Made by a program: the position numbers and the translations under genes. Shown here in pieces: positions 1 to 12,600 of a DNA stretch of 64,000 bases. The DNA lies in NCBI RefSeq assembly GCF_009914755.1, contig NC_060932.1. One strand, 5' to 3'. The DNA comes from the human T2T-CHM13v2.0 reference genome, Homo sapiens. The notes under the pieces are model-generated. The model was not told where the DNA came from and did not search any database. It saw only the letters and a program-made list of their open reading frames with translations. How positions within the stretch are numbered: the first letter of the stretch is position 1; the number at the start of each line of letters is the position of its first letter.

Positions 1-1026
1 AAGCATTGAGACAGAGTGGAGACCTGAAATGCATGACTTGCCATATAAGAACCTAATGCACTGGGGTGGAATATGAGAATGTTTGGCCTTGCATTTCCAA
101 GGGCTCACCTAGACTTTTTTTTTCCCAAACCATGCAACTTTTAGCTGCCATAGGGTTGCCTGATGTTCAAACCACAAGGTTTTGGGCTGCAAACAAAAGA
201 TGGATGTTCCTTATAATTATGCAGAATGTGTGGCATTACTGGCACCAAAACTTGTGTGTGGAAGCTGAGCTTCATTGCACTCCTGAGGGCAGCTTAGTGA
301 CATGCAGAACAATAAGTGGAAATTCCTGAGGCATACTGCATTGCACAGATTAAAGACTTGTCTGGGAATGTTTCCCTGCATGGTCTCAGCTTTGGCGATA
401 CAGAATCCTAGCATTAGCCACGTATCTCTAACTTAGCTCCCTTAATCACTGTATCTTCCTGCTAGTAACTTTTCTCCAGGAGCAATGGCATCCAAATATT
501 CCTAAATGAGTCTAAAGTATATTTTCCTTACCCCATGAAAATATAGAAGAGCTGTGACACATTCCTGTCTTTTCCTTCTCTATTTCCCCTCATCCCATGA
601 CCCAATCCCTCACTATAGCTCCAAGCTTCATTCGGTACTTTTGACTCCTGTTTTATTTTTCTTTAATGCAAAACAATGATGGTTTAGATATTAAAGGACC
701 CTGTATTTATTTATGCACTTAGCATAATGCTCCCTATAACATTTAGAGCTGTCCATATTGAAGAACCATGACCTTTAATTTTAGAGTGTTGAAAACATGG
801 CAAGGTTTGCAACAAAATACATTGGCAGTGAGTGTCAGGATGAGATACGTGGTCTATCTTCTGTTTTTACCTGCTATGAACCATCCCTGCTCTTTTCAGT
901 AACTGTATCTCAGATTAGTTTGGGTGAATAACCCCTGTTCCATATATAGTACAAATGATTTAGGTGAGGTTCTATTGCTGGCACAGCAGATGGTGTCCAG
1001 GCTGATCAGGGGACTGAATGCCTCTA

Positions 1027-1215
1027 GACCAGGATTCTCAAACTGGAGGCCTATTGGAACCATCTTGGGGATTAAAAGAATGCTAATACAAGGGTTCCAT
1101 ATCTAGCAACGAAACCAGATTTTCTGGAAATTGTGCCCCGGCATTGAGGCATTGTCTTCCTTCTATTCTTTTAAAAAAATGTTGCGGTTTCTAATGTGAA
1201 ACAGGTGAGAGCAGG
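1027..1215. mobile_element. MER5-like hAT-Charlie DNA transposon remnant
   Basis: Starts caggattctcaaact and has an internal ...cagattttctgg... segment typical of MER5. Degenerate. Confidence 0.5.
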
Positions 1216-2644
1216 ATCTAGCCATAGTTATTGGACCAGGTGAAGGTTTGTCGGCCAAGATGTGATAATTAGCACAGTTCCATACACCTGGCCAGTGACT
1301 GATTCAAGAATAAGGTCTGACCTCTAGGCATAAGGATATGAGTTTACTATACAAGGGGCCAGCTATTTATTATTAAAATGGTAATGGCAATCTAAATGAC
1401 CTGAGTGGTCAGTCTGGGTCTCAGTACATGTATGAGACCTTTTAGGAAGCCAAAACTTCCTTCATGCTGAAATGATGACAGTAGAGATAATGTGCCTCTA
1501 CAGTTTCCCAGGACCTCCACAGCCTGACAATGAAGCCAATCCAGCAAAATGCATAGCAGAGAGAAACCGAGTCCTGATGACAACTACTATAGCCCTGACT
1601 CTCCATTTGCATGTGCAAACACTTTTTTGCTTTGTTTATGTAGATTTAAGTTGGGTTTCTTCTAGTCACCTTAATGACACATTTGAGTGCTATTATAGTA
1701 TAAATGTGTTACATAAATTATTTCAAATATTATGAAACCCAGAAAGATTGATATTATTCTACTGAAGAGCATCTCATGAAAATATGAGCTCTGAACATTA
1801 GGTGAATTGGCCCACTTCTAGGACTGCTAAGATGGATTAAAACCTAAAACTGCCCTGCTCCATTCCTCATTCTTCACTGGTATCTGTTGCCCAGCTTGCT
1901 TCTAGCATGACAGACATAGCCTGGGTGGGACCGGGGCTGACTCTGAGCCTCCCTTCACATCTACCCCTCAGGCTGCCCCTTCCCATGATGACATGTCACC
2001 TGCCTTGATAAAATAAAACCCTGGATTTCCCACCAGAAGAGAGCTTTGCTGGTGAGAAGCAATACAATGAGCTATTGCTCTTTCCCCTGAGGTTCTCTCA
2101 CTGCCCCCTGCTACATAGAGTAGCTTAGGAGAGATGGAGGGGAGACATGCTTTAATACTGGCCTGAGCATCCATGAATAATAGATTTTACCATGTAGCAG
2201 AGGTGACACACAGATGAAATGTTTGAATGAAATTTTACTAAAGGCTAGAGAGCAACGAAAAGGGAAAATAACGAGGCTTACTGCTGTCCGCTTGGTTTGA
2301 TCCCTCTTGTCTCAGCTCTGTTTCCTCTATCAGGACAGATGCCATCTCTAACATTTACCACCCCCAGCTCAGAGCACTACTGTGGACATTTAACTTCTCC
2401 CATTCTGAGTCCAAGAGGAAGGACTGCTTTGGGCTCTCCTAACCATTTTAACATTGGAGATATCTGCACAAAGGCAAGACTTGACTCCTATTCATAGCCA
2501 TGAGCCTCAGACAGCATAGTTTCTTCTCATTTAACACCATTTCTCAAAATAAAAAAATAAAAAAAAAACACATTTTTTCCCCTTCATTCTTTGTGCTTGA
2601 CTGTCTTTTCCTTCTATACAGTTTGTTTTTCATGAGCTAATCCA

Positions 2645-3115
2645 TTTTATTTTTTATTTTAGGTTTGGAGGTACATGTGAAGTTTTGTTCCATAGATAAA
2701 CATGTGTCATGGGGGTTTGTTGTGCATATTATATCACCCAGTGTATTAGTCCATTCTCACGCTGCTATGAAGAAATACCTGAGACTGGGTAATTTATTTA
2801 GAAAAGAGGTTTGATTGACTCAACAGTTCCACATGGCTGGGAGGCCTCGGGAAACTTACAATCATGGCGGAAGGTGCCTCTTCACAGGGTGGCAGGAGAG
2901 AGAATGAGTGCAAGCAGGGGAAATGCCAGACACTTATAAAACCATAAGATCTCATGAGACTCACTCATTATCATGAGAACAGCATGGGGGAAACTGCCCC
3001 CATGATTCAATTACCTCCACTTGGTCCCCACTCCACATGGGGATTATGGGGATTACAATTAAGGTGAGATTTTGGGGGGTCACAGAGCCACACTATATCA
3101 CCCAGGTATTAAGCT
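2645..3115 (-). mobile_element. Short L1PA/PB 3'-end fragment split by a THE1 LTR
   Basis: T-tract followed by ggtacatgtg...catgtgtcatgggggtttg...atcacccag, resuming as cccaggtattaagc after the LTR. Confidence 0.75.
2742..3100 (-). mobile_element. THE1C/D-like MaLR solo LTR with perfect 5-bp TSD CCCAG
   Basis: Termini tgtattagtcc...atatca. CCCAG at 2737-2741 and 3101-3105. Confidence 0.9.
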
Positions 3116-3119
3116 AATC

Positions 3120-3490
3120 CATTTTCATGGCTTTACTTGCCACTGCTCTATTGGTTAATTGTAGGAATATATTTCCATCTTAACTCTTCCTTCCTAGCTC
3201 TAGAGATAAATCGCCAGCTGCCTATTGGGCACAATCTCAATGTCTCCCAGGGACAAATTTTATAACTGAACACAGCATTTTTCCTACCAAAAGTAATCCT
3301 TATCCTCCATTCTTTTTTATAATGCAAGTCACCCCCCCATCTACACAGTTTTTCATGCCAGAAACCTGGGAGTGATCCTTCTTCCCCTGTCCCCTCAACA
3401 ACTATATTCAATTAACCAAGTTCTGTAAATTCTTCCCTCTTAATGTCTGTCTAATACACCTGATGCCCATTGTCCTCATGGCCACTTCCC
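3120..3490 (+). mobile_element. L2 fragment
   Basis: ccagctgcctattgg... and caattaaccaagttctgtaaattc resemble L2 3' ORF sequence. Confidence 0.55.
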
Positions 3491-3509
3491 TGACAGTACT
3501 AGATACAAC

Positions 3510-3730
3510 CAACAATTGCTAAATGTTTAAAGTGTGCCATAAACTGTGCTAAGGATTCATTGTCTATTATATCAATTAATCTTCATAATGACCCTAAGAG
3601 TTTGATACTGTTATCTGTATTTAACAGATGAAGGAAAGTAGATTAATTTGCTAAGGTAATCCAGTTAGCATAAGGCAGAAGGAGTGTTTAAATGCAGATC
3701 TTTCTGACTCCTGAGCCCGTGCTTCTACCT
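3510..3730 (-). mobile_element. MIR SINE
   Basis: tgtgctaag...aatcttcataatgaccct...acagatgaaggaa...tctgactcctgagccc is the antisense MIR core. Confidence 0.75.
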
Positions 3731-4707
3731 TAAGAGCCACCAAAATTTACCCTGCTAGTTAGGATGTCTCTCACATACAGTTTTGTCCCTCTATTCTCTA
3801 TCTTAAACTCCAACAAAACTAAATTTTGAGTTAGGTAGTGGAAACCTTGTTCTTAAAATTCCTTCAGCAACACTGCAAATACCTTTTTACCTGCTCGTTC
3901 GCTCTGTGTTGTTCCCTTGCTTCACATGATCTCCTTGGCCTCTCTCACTTTCCTTACTGTCTTTTCTCATCCCTTTCTATTTCTAGCTCCTTCCTGAAAC
4001 TCCAAATACTACCCCTGGGACTGAAACCACAGGCGTGCATTGATTGGCCTCTACAGCATTGGGAATCAATGTTTAAATACCAGAAGACTTAATTTTAAAA
4101 TGGAAGGCTTTCCCTCCTTTCATTCAAATATAGTCATCTAATCACACAGGTTCCATATTCCCAAATGGCAACAATAGGCTGAAGTTGACTTTTGCCTGCA
4201 CCCTTTATATGGACATGGACTTTCTAATTTGCCATACCCTTCCACACTCCTGTTCTTTTGTACATCATCACTACTTAACACCTGCTGTTTTATTCTGCTC
4301 AGCTCTAGAACAGATGTTCTCAAACTCAGCTCAAGGACAACATGACTGGCCAAGGTCATCAAAGCATTTAGAATAACAAGGTATTTAATATAAAAGTAAA
4401 CAACACCTAGAAGGCAGTTATGGCTATAAATTGCCAACTTTCCTCTCATTGCACAGGATTAGACTTCTGAGAATGCTTTTCAAGGCCCTTCAATATCTGA
4501 ATCTCACCTTTCCAGCCACACCTTTTTTATGTTCCCTTCAGCATCATATGCTCTGCCTATATTGGACCGCACTTAGTATTCTAAAGGATCATGCTTCTTT
4601 GCCTCAGGACATTTGCACATGGTATTTCCTCTAAAATGAATAATATTCCCCTGCCTTGTCCCTTTCACCTGATTATAACCTACCATATTTCAGGAATGGG
4701 TTTAGTT

Positions 4708-4901
4708 CAGTAATTCTCAACCATGGCTACATATTACAGTCTCTTGTGGCACTGAAAAGAATACTCATGTCCAATCTCCACCCTAGATTAATTAAATCAG
4801 AATCTCTGGATAATTTAGGGCAAATAATTTTATGTTCTGTGTCTTGGCTTACTCAACTAATGAAAAAATAAATAAAAATGAGCAGCCAGGGTTGAGAACT
4901 A
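4708..4901. mobile_element. MER5B-like DNA transposon
   Basis: Inverted termini cagtaattctcaacc ... ggttgagaacta, with internal aaatcagaatctctgg. Confidence 0.7.
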
Positions 4902-5008
4902 TAGGCTTTCAGAAAGCACTGTTGATACCTCTATTTTGTTTTTCCATGGTACTTATATCCTTTACTAACTTTATAGCATTTATTTTTGATTCATATTTGA
5001 TTGAGCAC

Positions 5009-5376
5009 TGTATTAGTCCATTTTAACACTGCTGTAAAGAAATACCTGAGACTGGGTAATTTATAAAGGAAAGAGGTTTAATTGACTCACAGTTCCATAT
5101 GGCTGGGGAGGCCTCAGAAAACTTATAGTCATGGCAGAAGGTAAAACAAGCACCTTCTTCACAAGGCAGCAGGAGAGAGAAGAGAGCAAGGGAAACTGCT
5201 ATTTATAAAACCATCAGATCTTGTGAGAACTCACTCACTATCACGAGAACGTCATGGGACAAACCACCACCGTGATCTAATCACCTCCTACCATATCCCT
5301 CCCTTGACACATGTCGATTATGGAGATTACAATTTGAGATGAGATTTAGGTGGGGACACAGAGCTAAACCATATCA
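5009..5376 (-). mobile_element. THE1D-like MaLR solo LTR
   Basis: tgtattagtccatttt...aaaccatatca termini, THE1 internal text. No clear TSD. Confidence 0.88.
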
Positions 5377-8300
5377 ATTGCCTAAGCCATACGTTCCTTG
5401 AGGGCAGAGATTATTTACAGCCTAGGAAGACCAATCACCTTGGCTTTAGCACTGAAAGTCCTGAGTTCCAGGAAACACTTTCAGCTCCTATCCCCAGTAT
5501 TTGGCACAGTGTAAGTACTAAAATATTTGTTGACAGTGAACAATCATAATTGAGATAGATGGATGGGGTTTTCCTAGGCCCATGCTCCTTCTGGTGGCTC
5601 CTCTCTTCATGGGAACTTTGTCTTTCTGTTTCTATTATTTAAGCTCTTAGGTCTGTTGGACTTGGGGTTTCTTGATCATAGTGATTCTTCGTGTTCATGC
5701 TTGTGAGACCTCACCTGTGTAGCAAGTCACAGGAGGAAGGTATGATGTGATTGGCCTCAACCTCTCTAATGATTAGAAATACTGACCTTAGAGTAATAAT
5801 GGTTGTCTGTGGACCAAAAGAATGTGTGTTTATAGAAATTTGTTTTCACACAATTATGGTTGTTGAATATATGTAAATTTACCCCAGGAGACTCACTTGT
5901 AATAACGCTTAACCCTAATCCTGCTGATATTGTAAACTAGACAGCTGGTTATACTGTGGTTTGCTAATAACTATTCTAAGACCACCACAAACCAGTTACC
6001 ACAGGGAAATAACTTTCATCGTTGCCCACACAATTTGGGTTGGATTTTTTATGTGTAATTCTTGGAAGTGCTTACCACCACCTAATTATTTTGTTTTTAA
6101 GAATACTAATCCATCTTGCTAGGATTCTTTATTCATTTCTATTCAAAAAATATTTGAAAGAATACAGCCTTTTGCTATGTTCTTGGAAAGCGATAGAGGA
6201 GTATAAGACAACAATCCAGCCCACAAGGGGCTTATTATTTTTTCTGTCTTCAGAAATGCGTACAAAAGTATATGAGAATATGATCTTGTTATTTTAACCT
6301 TGAATATATCATTCTGGTGTGGGTATTTAAGGGTGGGAACATTTTCTTAATGAAAGTTTGTGGAGTATTGGTTTCAGCCACTTTTTGCCTTGAGTAGATT
6401 GTATAACCCAGGGAGTCGCCAAAGAATTCTGTGTTTTTATTTAGGAACATGAAGATTAGTACAATCCCATCTATATAACATAACATGAAATGATGATTTG
6501 GTGGTAAAAATTGGATCAACAAACTGGCAGTCTTAAAAAGCTATCAAGGTTTGATTTGCTACTGATCTATATTATATGATGTAGAATTTTAAGAAATCAG
6601 GTTCTGCTAATCACTCCTTCCCTGGAAAGGATCTCAAGGGAACTGTACACACAGGTAACATCTAGGGAAGGGCAACCATTGTCCCACTTAATCAGCTGAG
6701 TTAGTGTGCAAAGCATAGCTCCAGCAAAACTGGAGTGGAACAAAGCAGTTTTGACCTGATATCCAAGAGGAGTTTCTTTCTTTCTTTTAAAGCTAAGGTT
6801 TGGATGGACTTGTGGGGAAAAGAAAGAGAAACTTAGAGCTTACCTTGAGGCAGGCCCTGGTCCTTTTATTAGCCAGTAGCATGGATTAGGAAATAGTAGA
6901 AGAGAGTAAAACGTACCATTGGACGTGAACTCCTCCTACCAGGAAATGTATCCTCTTCAGAGTGTTCAACTTTGACCCTTCCACTTAGCAGCATTCCTCT
7001 TGGAGGAGGTGGTAGACAGAAGAGGTCTGAGAATTTCTGCTCTACAGCTTGAGCTGAGGTTGTGGCACTGCGCCTGGAGATGGCTGGATAGAATCAAGAC
7101 ATTGCCAAAGGTAGGATTTAGGTCCGGTTTGAGGAGTTTAGCTAAGACATATAAACTCAGCCTGGTGAGGGTAAAGTTTAGCACTTGAATGTCAACCTGT
7201 AGGACTGGTTGACACAAAAAGTAAAACTGGGGAATCAAGTATCTGACGTTTAGGCAAAATGGAGAAACTAGTCAGGATTAGAACCTGGGGCCAAAGTTCT
7301 GGGTAGAAAGGAGTCTGAATTACAATCTAGGAAGCCAACAGCAATGATAGATCTGTGTTTTCTAATTTTCTACCCAGCGTCTGAGCAGTCTTCAGATTTT
7401 GGTGGGTAAACCTGAGCCCATGGAAGACAGTGAGAAGATGCACCTGGCTGACAAGAGAAGTAAGGGAAGAAGGCATCAGCCAGCATCATGGAAGGTCATG
7501 TGTTGGTGTCCCCCGTCCTCGCATTAGAATATCAGGTTGGCCTCTTGGCCTCTTGTGGACTATTGTAGGCCCACAAGAATAGGAGTTATTTGACTTTTTT
7601 TTTTCTCCTGAATATGGAGGGTCAAGTGATTACCACAATCTCAGCTTTTTATGCTCTTTAGTTTTGAAGAGGGAGTTTTATTGATATTGACTTTAAGAAT
7701 TACCTCTATTAAAAATTTGTGGACTATAAAATGTTTAATATTTTGGTAATGCACTCATAAATCTTGAAGGTTGTTGAATAAAGTGCTTAATTTCATAAAT
7801 ATTTTAACAATTATTAATATAAAATCAATATTTCAGCATTTAATAAGTAAACAAACCATTATTTAGGATAATTCTAAATAATTGTTAATAATGTAACCAT
7901 GTACCACTATGCATAAATCTTACCTTGTGTGCTGTGAATCTCTTTAACTTACAAACATTATCTGTATTAAAACCAATTCTATCTCAAGGTTTTTCAATTG
8001 CAACAAAGTGATTGGTAGTAATTTTAGGACTACAATTTTACAGAAAGGAAATTGGCTCTGAAAGGTAATTCTCTGGTCCTAATTAGATTCATAATATATG
8101 CATCTCAGCTAAAAGTTATTTCAGTTCTGCAAGTCTCTGAAGTAAAAACTGAACTATAAAGGGACAACCATCAGGCAGATATGGATGATATTGGAAGGCA
8201 GATATTGGAAATCTGTTATAATGGTTTTTTTTGTACTCATCATTTTTGCTGCTATTTATGACCATGCTGCCTTGACTTTATAGCCTTGGTTCTTTATATT

Positions 8301-9681
8301 AATCATAGATACAAGCACTTGCAACATTGTATCATTTAATTTAGAAAACTGAATAGGGAATTTCAGTTTATCCTTCTTGACTGAAAGCAACTATAAGTGC
8401 AAATTTCTCCCTTTACTATGGCATTTAAATCTTGAAGATGCCATCTTAAGAGAATGATAATTATATCCAAACCTATACAAATGCTGACATTTATTTAACT
8501 CTTTCTTTGTGCTTGCCCTGTGTTGGGCCATAAGCTCCCTTTCTTCTGGGCTTTGCCTGGAATATTCTCTTAGTTCCCTTCTTTCCTTCCTATCACCTTT
8601 GCAAGGTTCCTCGTGTAAGACTTAAACAACACTACCCTAATCCTTCTGAAATGGATTAAGTCTCTTATGTGATCCTGTAACTTCCAATACTTCTTTCTTT
8701 CTAAAAACTTCACATGTAAATATTTATTTACTCTGGGTTTTTCATGTTAAACTCTGAGATCTGTAGGTGCAGGGATAATATCGTGTCTACTTCATTTATC
8801 ACTTAATTTCTTGTAACTGGTTAAGTGATGAGCACAAAGGAGTTGTTCAATAAATATTAGTTGAATAAAAGAATCATATTGATAGGGATTATCATTCCAT
8901 TTTTTTTTAACAGTAGAAGACTGAAGTTCAGAGAGGTTAAATAACTTGTATAAGGTCTCAGCCAAAAAGAGATGAAATTGAGATCCAAATCCATGTTGCT
9001 CCGCTTTCCTAAATGTTACTACCTCTAAGGCTGGTCCAGAGGACAGCTAGTTAGTGCCAGATGCATTGGGCTTTGCGCTGCAAGACCAAGTAAAATAACA
9101 TATAGGAATCCACCTATCACAGGAAAAGTTCCTGCCTGCTGAGACTCATGCATCTACAGCTTTCCTTGGAATTGAAACACATGTCTCCAACAAGCTCAAG
9201 CAAACTAATTCTAACATTGTCCCCCAGAATCACTGGGAGAAAAATCAGAATCATTTAATTGAAGCACTCCTAAATGCTACATACAAGGAGGGAGGCTATG
9301 GTGTCAGCACAGATGTATCCCTGGATAGACGATGGCCTTGCCAGCCTGACACTTCAAAACAAAATAGGAACTTCATGGGAACCTGCAGAATAGAAGCTAG
9401 GGAAAAAGAATAAACCTGGAAAACCAAAATGCTACTCAATCCACTCCTTATACCTGAGCCTCCTGGAAGGTCACCACACTAGATTTGCCTCCAGTCTCTC
9501 CCCAGTCCTCCCCATGATGTTGTTTCTATTGTTGATAGCTCTGTATTACAGGTCACTTAATCTCCCAGACTAGCCCACTCTTGGATTCAGACACTTCCAA
9601 ATTGCTTCTTTAAGAGTGTTTACTTTCATGGTTTCCCAAACCTCATTAAGTACAGATGTTCAGGAGGTTACTTGCCAAAAA

Positions 9682-12600
9682 TTTTTTTTTGTTTATAATT
9701 GACACATAATTGTACATGTTTATGCAGTACAGTGTGAGGTTTTAATATATATAAACATTGAATAATGATCAAATCAAGGTAGTTATCATGTCTATCACTT
9801 CAGATCTTCATCATTTTTTTGTGGTAATAACTTTCAGAATCTTCTTTTCTAGCTGTCTTGAAATATACAATATATTTTATTAGCTGCATGCTACTATGTA
9901 ATTGAACACCAAAATTTATTCTCCTATCTAACTGTAACTTTGTGCCCATTGGGTAATTTCTCCCCACTCCCTCTCCCCCATCCCCTTCACAGCCTCTACT
10001 AACCACTATTTTACTCTCTACTTCTATGAGATAAACCTTTTTAGATTCTGCATGTAAGTGAGATTATGCGGTATTTGTCTTTCTGTGTCTGGCTTATTTT
10101 ACTTAACGTAATGTCCTCCAGGTTCATCCATGTTTGTACAAATGACAGGATTTTATTCTAGTTTTATAGCTGAATAGAATTCCATGGTTTATACTGCAGT
10201 TTCTTTATTCATTTGTCTGTTGATAAATACTTAGATTGATTTCATCTCTTGGCTATTGTGGATAGTGCTACAATAAACATGGGAATGCAGATCTCTCTTC
10301 AACATACTGCTTTCAATTCCTTTGGATATATACCCAGTAGTGGAATTGGTGGATCATATGGTAGTTCTATTTTTAATTTTCTGAGGAAGCTCCATACAAT
10401 TTTCCATAATGGCTATGCTAATTTACTTTCCCACCAACAGTATATAAGAATTTCCCTCTTTCTGCATCCTCACTAGCATTTGTTATTGATTTATTTTTTG
10501 TCATTTTGATGATAGACATCCTAATTCAGGTGAGGTGCATCATTGTGGTTTTGATTTACATTTCCCTGAAAATCACTGATGTTGAGCATTTTGTCATATA
10601 CCTGCTGGCCATTTGTATGTCTTTGAAAAAATGTTTATTTAGGCTTTTTGCTTATTTATTGATGGGATTATTTGGATTTTCTTTGTGGGGTGTGTGTGTG
10701 CGCACGCGCCTTTCTAGTTTTTTTGGTTTTTGCTATTGAGTTGTTTGAGTTCCTTCTATATTCCGAATATTAACTTCTAGTTAGATGCATACTTTGCAAA
10801 TTCTCCCATTCTGTAGGTTGTCTCTTCACTCTGTTGGTTGTTTCCTTTGCTATGCAGAAGCTTTTTAGTTTGATAGAATCCCATTAATCTATTTTTGCTT
10901 TTGTTGCCTGTGCTTTTGAGATCCTATCCAAAAAGTCCTTGCTCAGACCAATGTCCTGAAGCATTTTATTTATGATTTTTTTTAGTGGTTACGTAGTTTT
11001 GGGTATTACATTTAAGTCGTTAATTCATTTTGAGTTGATTTTTGTATATTATGTTGTTTTGGTTAGTATGGCTCTGTAGTATATTTTGAAGTTAGGTAGT
11101 GTAATGCCTCCAGCTTTGTTCTTTTTGCTCAAGATTGCTTTGGCTATTCAAGGTCTTTTATGATTCCATACACATTTTAGGCTTTTTTTTCTATTTATGT
11201 GAAGAATGTCATTGATATTTTGATAGGGATTGCATTTAATCTGTAGATTTCTTTGGATAGTATGGACATTTTAATGATATTAATTATTCCAATTTATGAA
11301 CATGGGATGCCTTTTATTTGGGTCTTCTTCAATTTATTTAATCTATGTTCTATAGTTTTTGTTGTAGAGATCTTTCCCATCCTTGGTTATATTTATTCCT
11401 AGGTATTTTATTTTATTTTTGTAGCCATTGTAAATGAGATTGCCTTCTTGAATTCTTTTTTGTGTAATTCATTTGTAGCATATAAAATGCTTTTGGTTTT
11501 TTTGATTGATGTATATTGATTTTGTATCCTGAAACTTCCCTGAATTCATTTATTAGTTCTAACAATTTTGTGGTGGAGACTTTAGGATTTTCTAGATATA
11601 TAATCATGTCATGTGCAAATAGGGGCAATTTGACTCCCTCCTTTCCAATTTGAATGCCCTTTATTTGTTTCTCTTGCCTCATTGCTCTAGCTAGGGCTAT
11701 CAGTACTGTGTTGAATAAAAGTGAAAATGGACATCCTTGTCTTGTTCCAGATTTTTGAGGAAAAGTTTTCAACTTTTGCCCATTCAGTGTGATGTTAGTT
11801 GTGGGCCTGTGATATATGGCCTTTATTGTGTTGAGGTATATTCCTTCCATATCTAAATTGTTGAGAGTTTTTGTCATGAAGCGACATTGAATTTTATCAA
11901 ATACTTTTTCTTCATCTTTGAAACGATCATATGGATATTTTTCTTGATTCTCTTAATGTGATGTATTATGTCTACTGGTTGGTGTATTCTCAACCTTCCT
12001 TGTGTCCCTGGGATGAATCCTAACTGATCATCGTGAATGATTTTTCTTTTTTGTGTGTGTTGTTGAATTCAGTTTACTAATATTTTGTTGAGGATTTTTC
12101 GTACTTAACTCCATTAGGCATATTGACATTCCCCCCACCTCTTTTTGTTGTTGTTGTTGTTGTGTCTTTATCTTATTTTGGTATCAGGGTAATGCTAGCC
12201 TCATAGAATGAGTTTGGCAGTATTCTCTCCTCTTCAACTGTTTTGGAAGACTTTGAGAAGAATTGACATTAGTTTTTCTTTAAATGTTCGATAGAATTCA
12301 GCAGTGAAGCCATCAGATTCTTGGCTTTTCTTTGATGAGAAGAGTTTTTATTATTGCCTTAATTCCATTACTAATTATTGGTCTGTTCAGGTTTTCTATT
12401 TCTTCATGATTCAATCTTGGTAGGTCCTATGTGTTCAGACATTTATCCATTTCTTCCAGATTTCCCAATTCATTGGTCAATAGTTGTTCACAATAGTCTT
12501 TTATGACCTTTTGTATTTCTGTGGTATCAATTGTAATATCTCCTTTTTAATATCTGATTTTATTTGAGTTGTTTCTCCTTTCTGCTTGGTTAATCTAGCT

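Noticed and set aside
2742-5376. Two same-orientation THE1 LTRs ~1.9 kb apart as one provirus
   Set aside because: The first has its own TSD on both sides, and the intervening DNA is L2, MIR and MER5 rather than THE1 internal sequence. They are independent solo LTRs.
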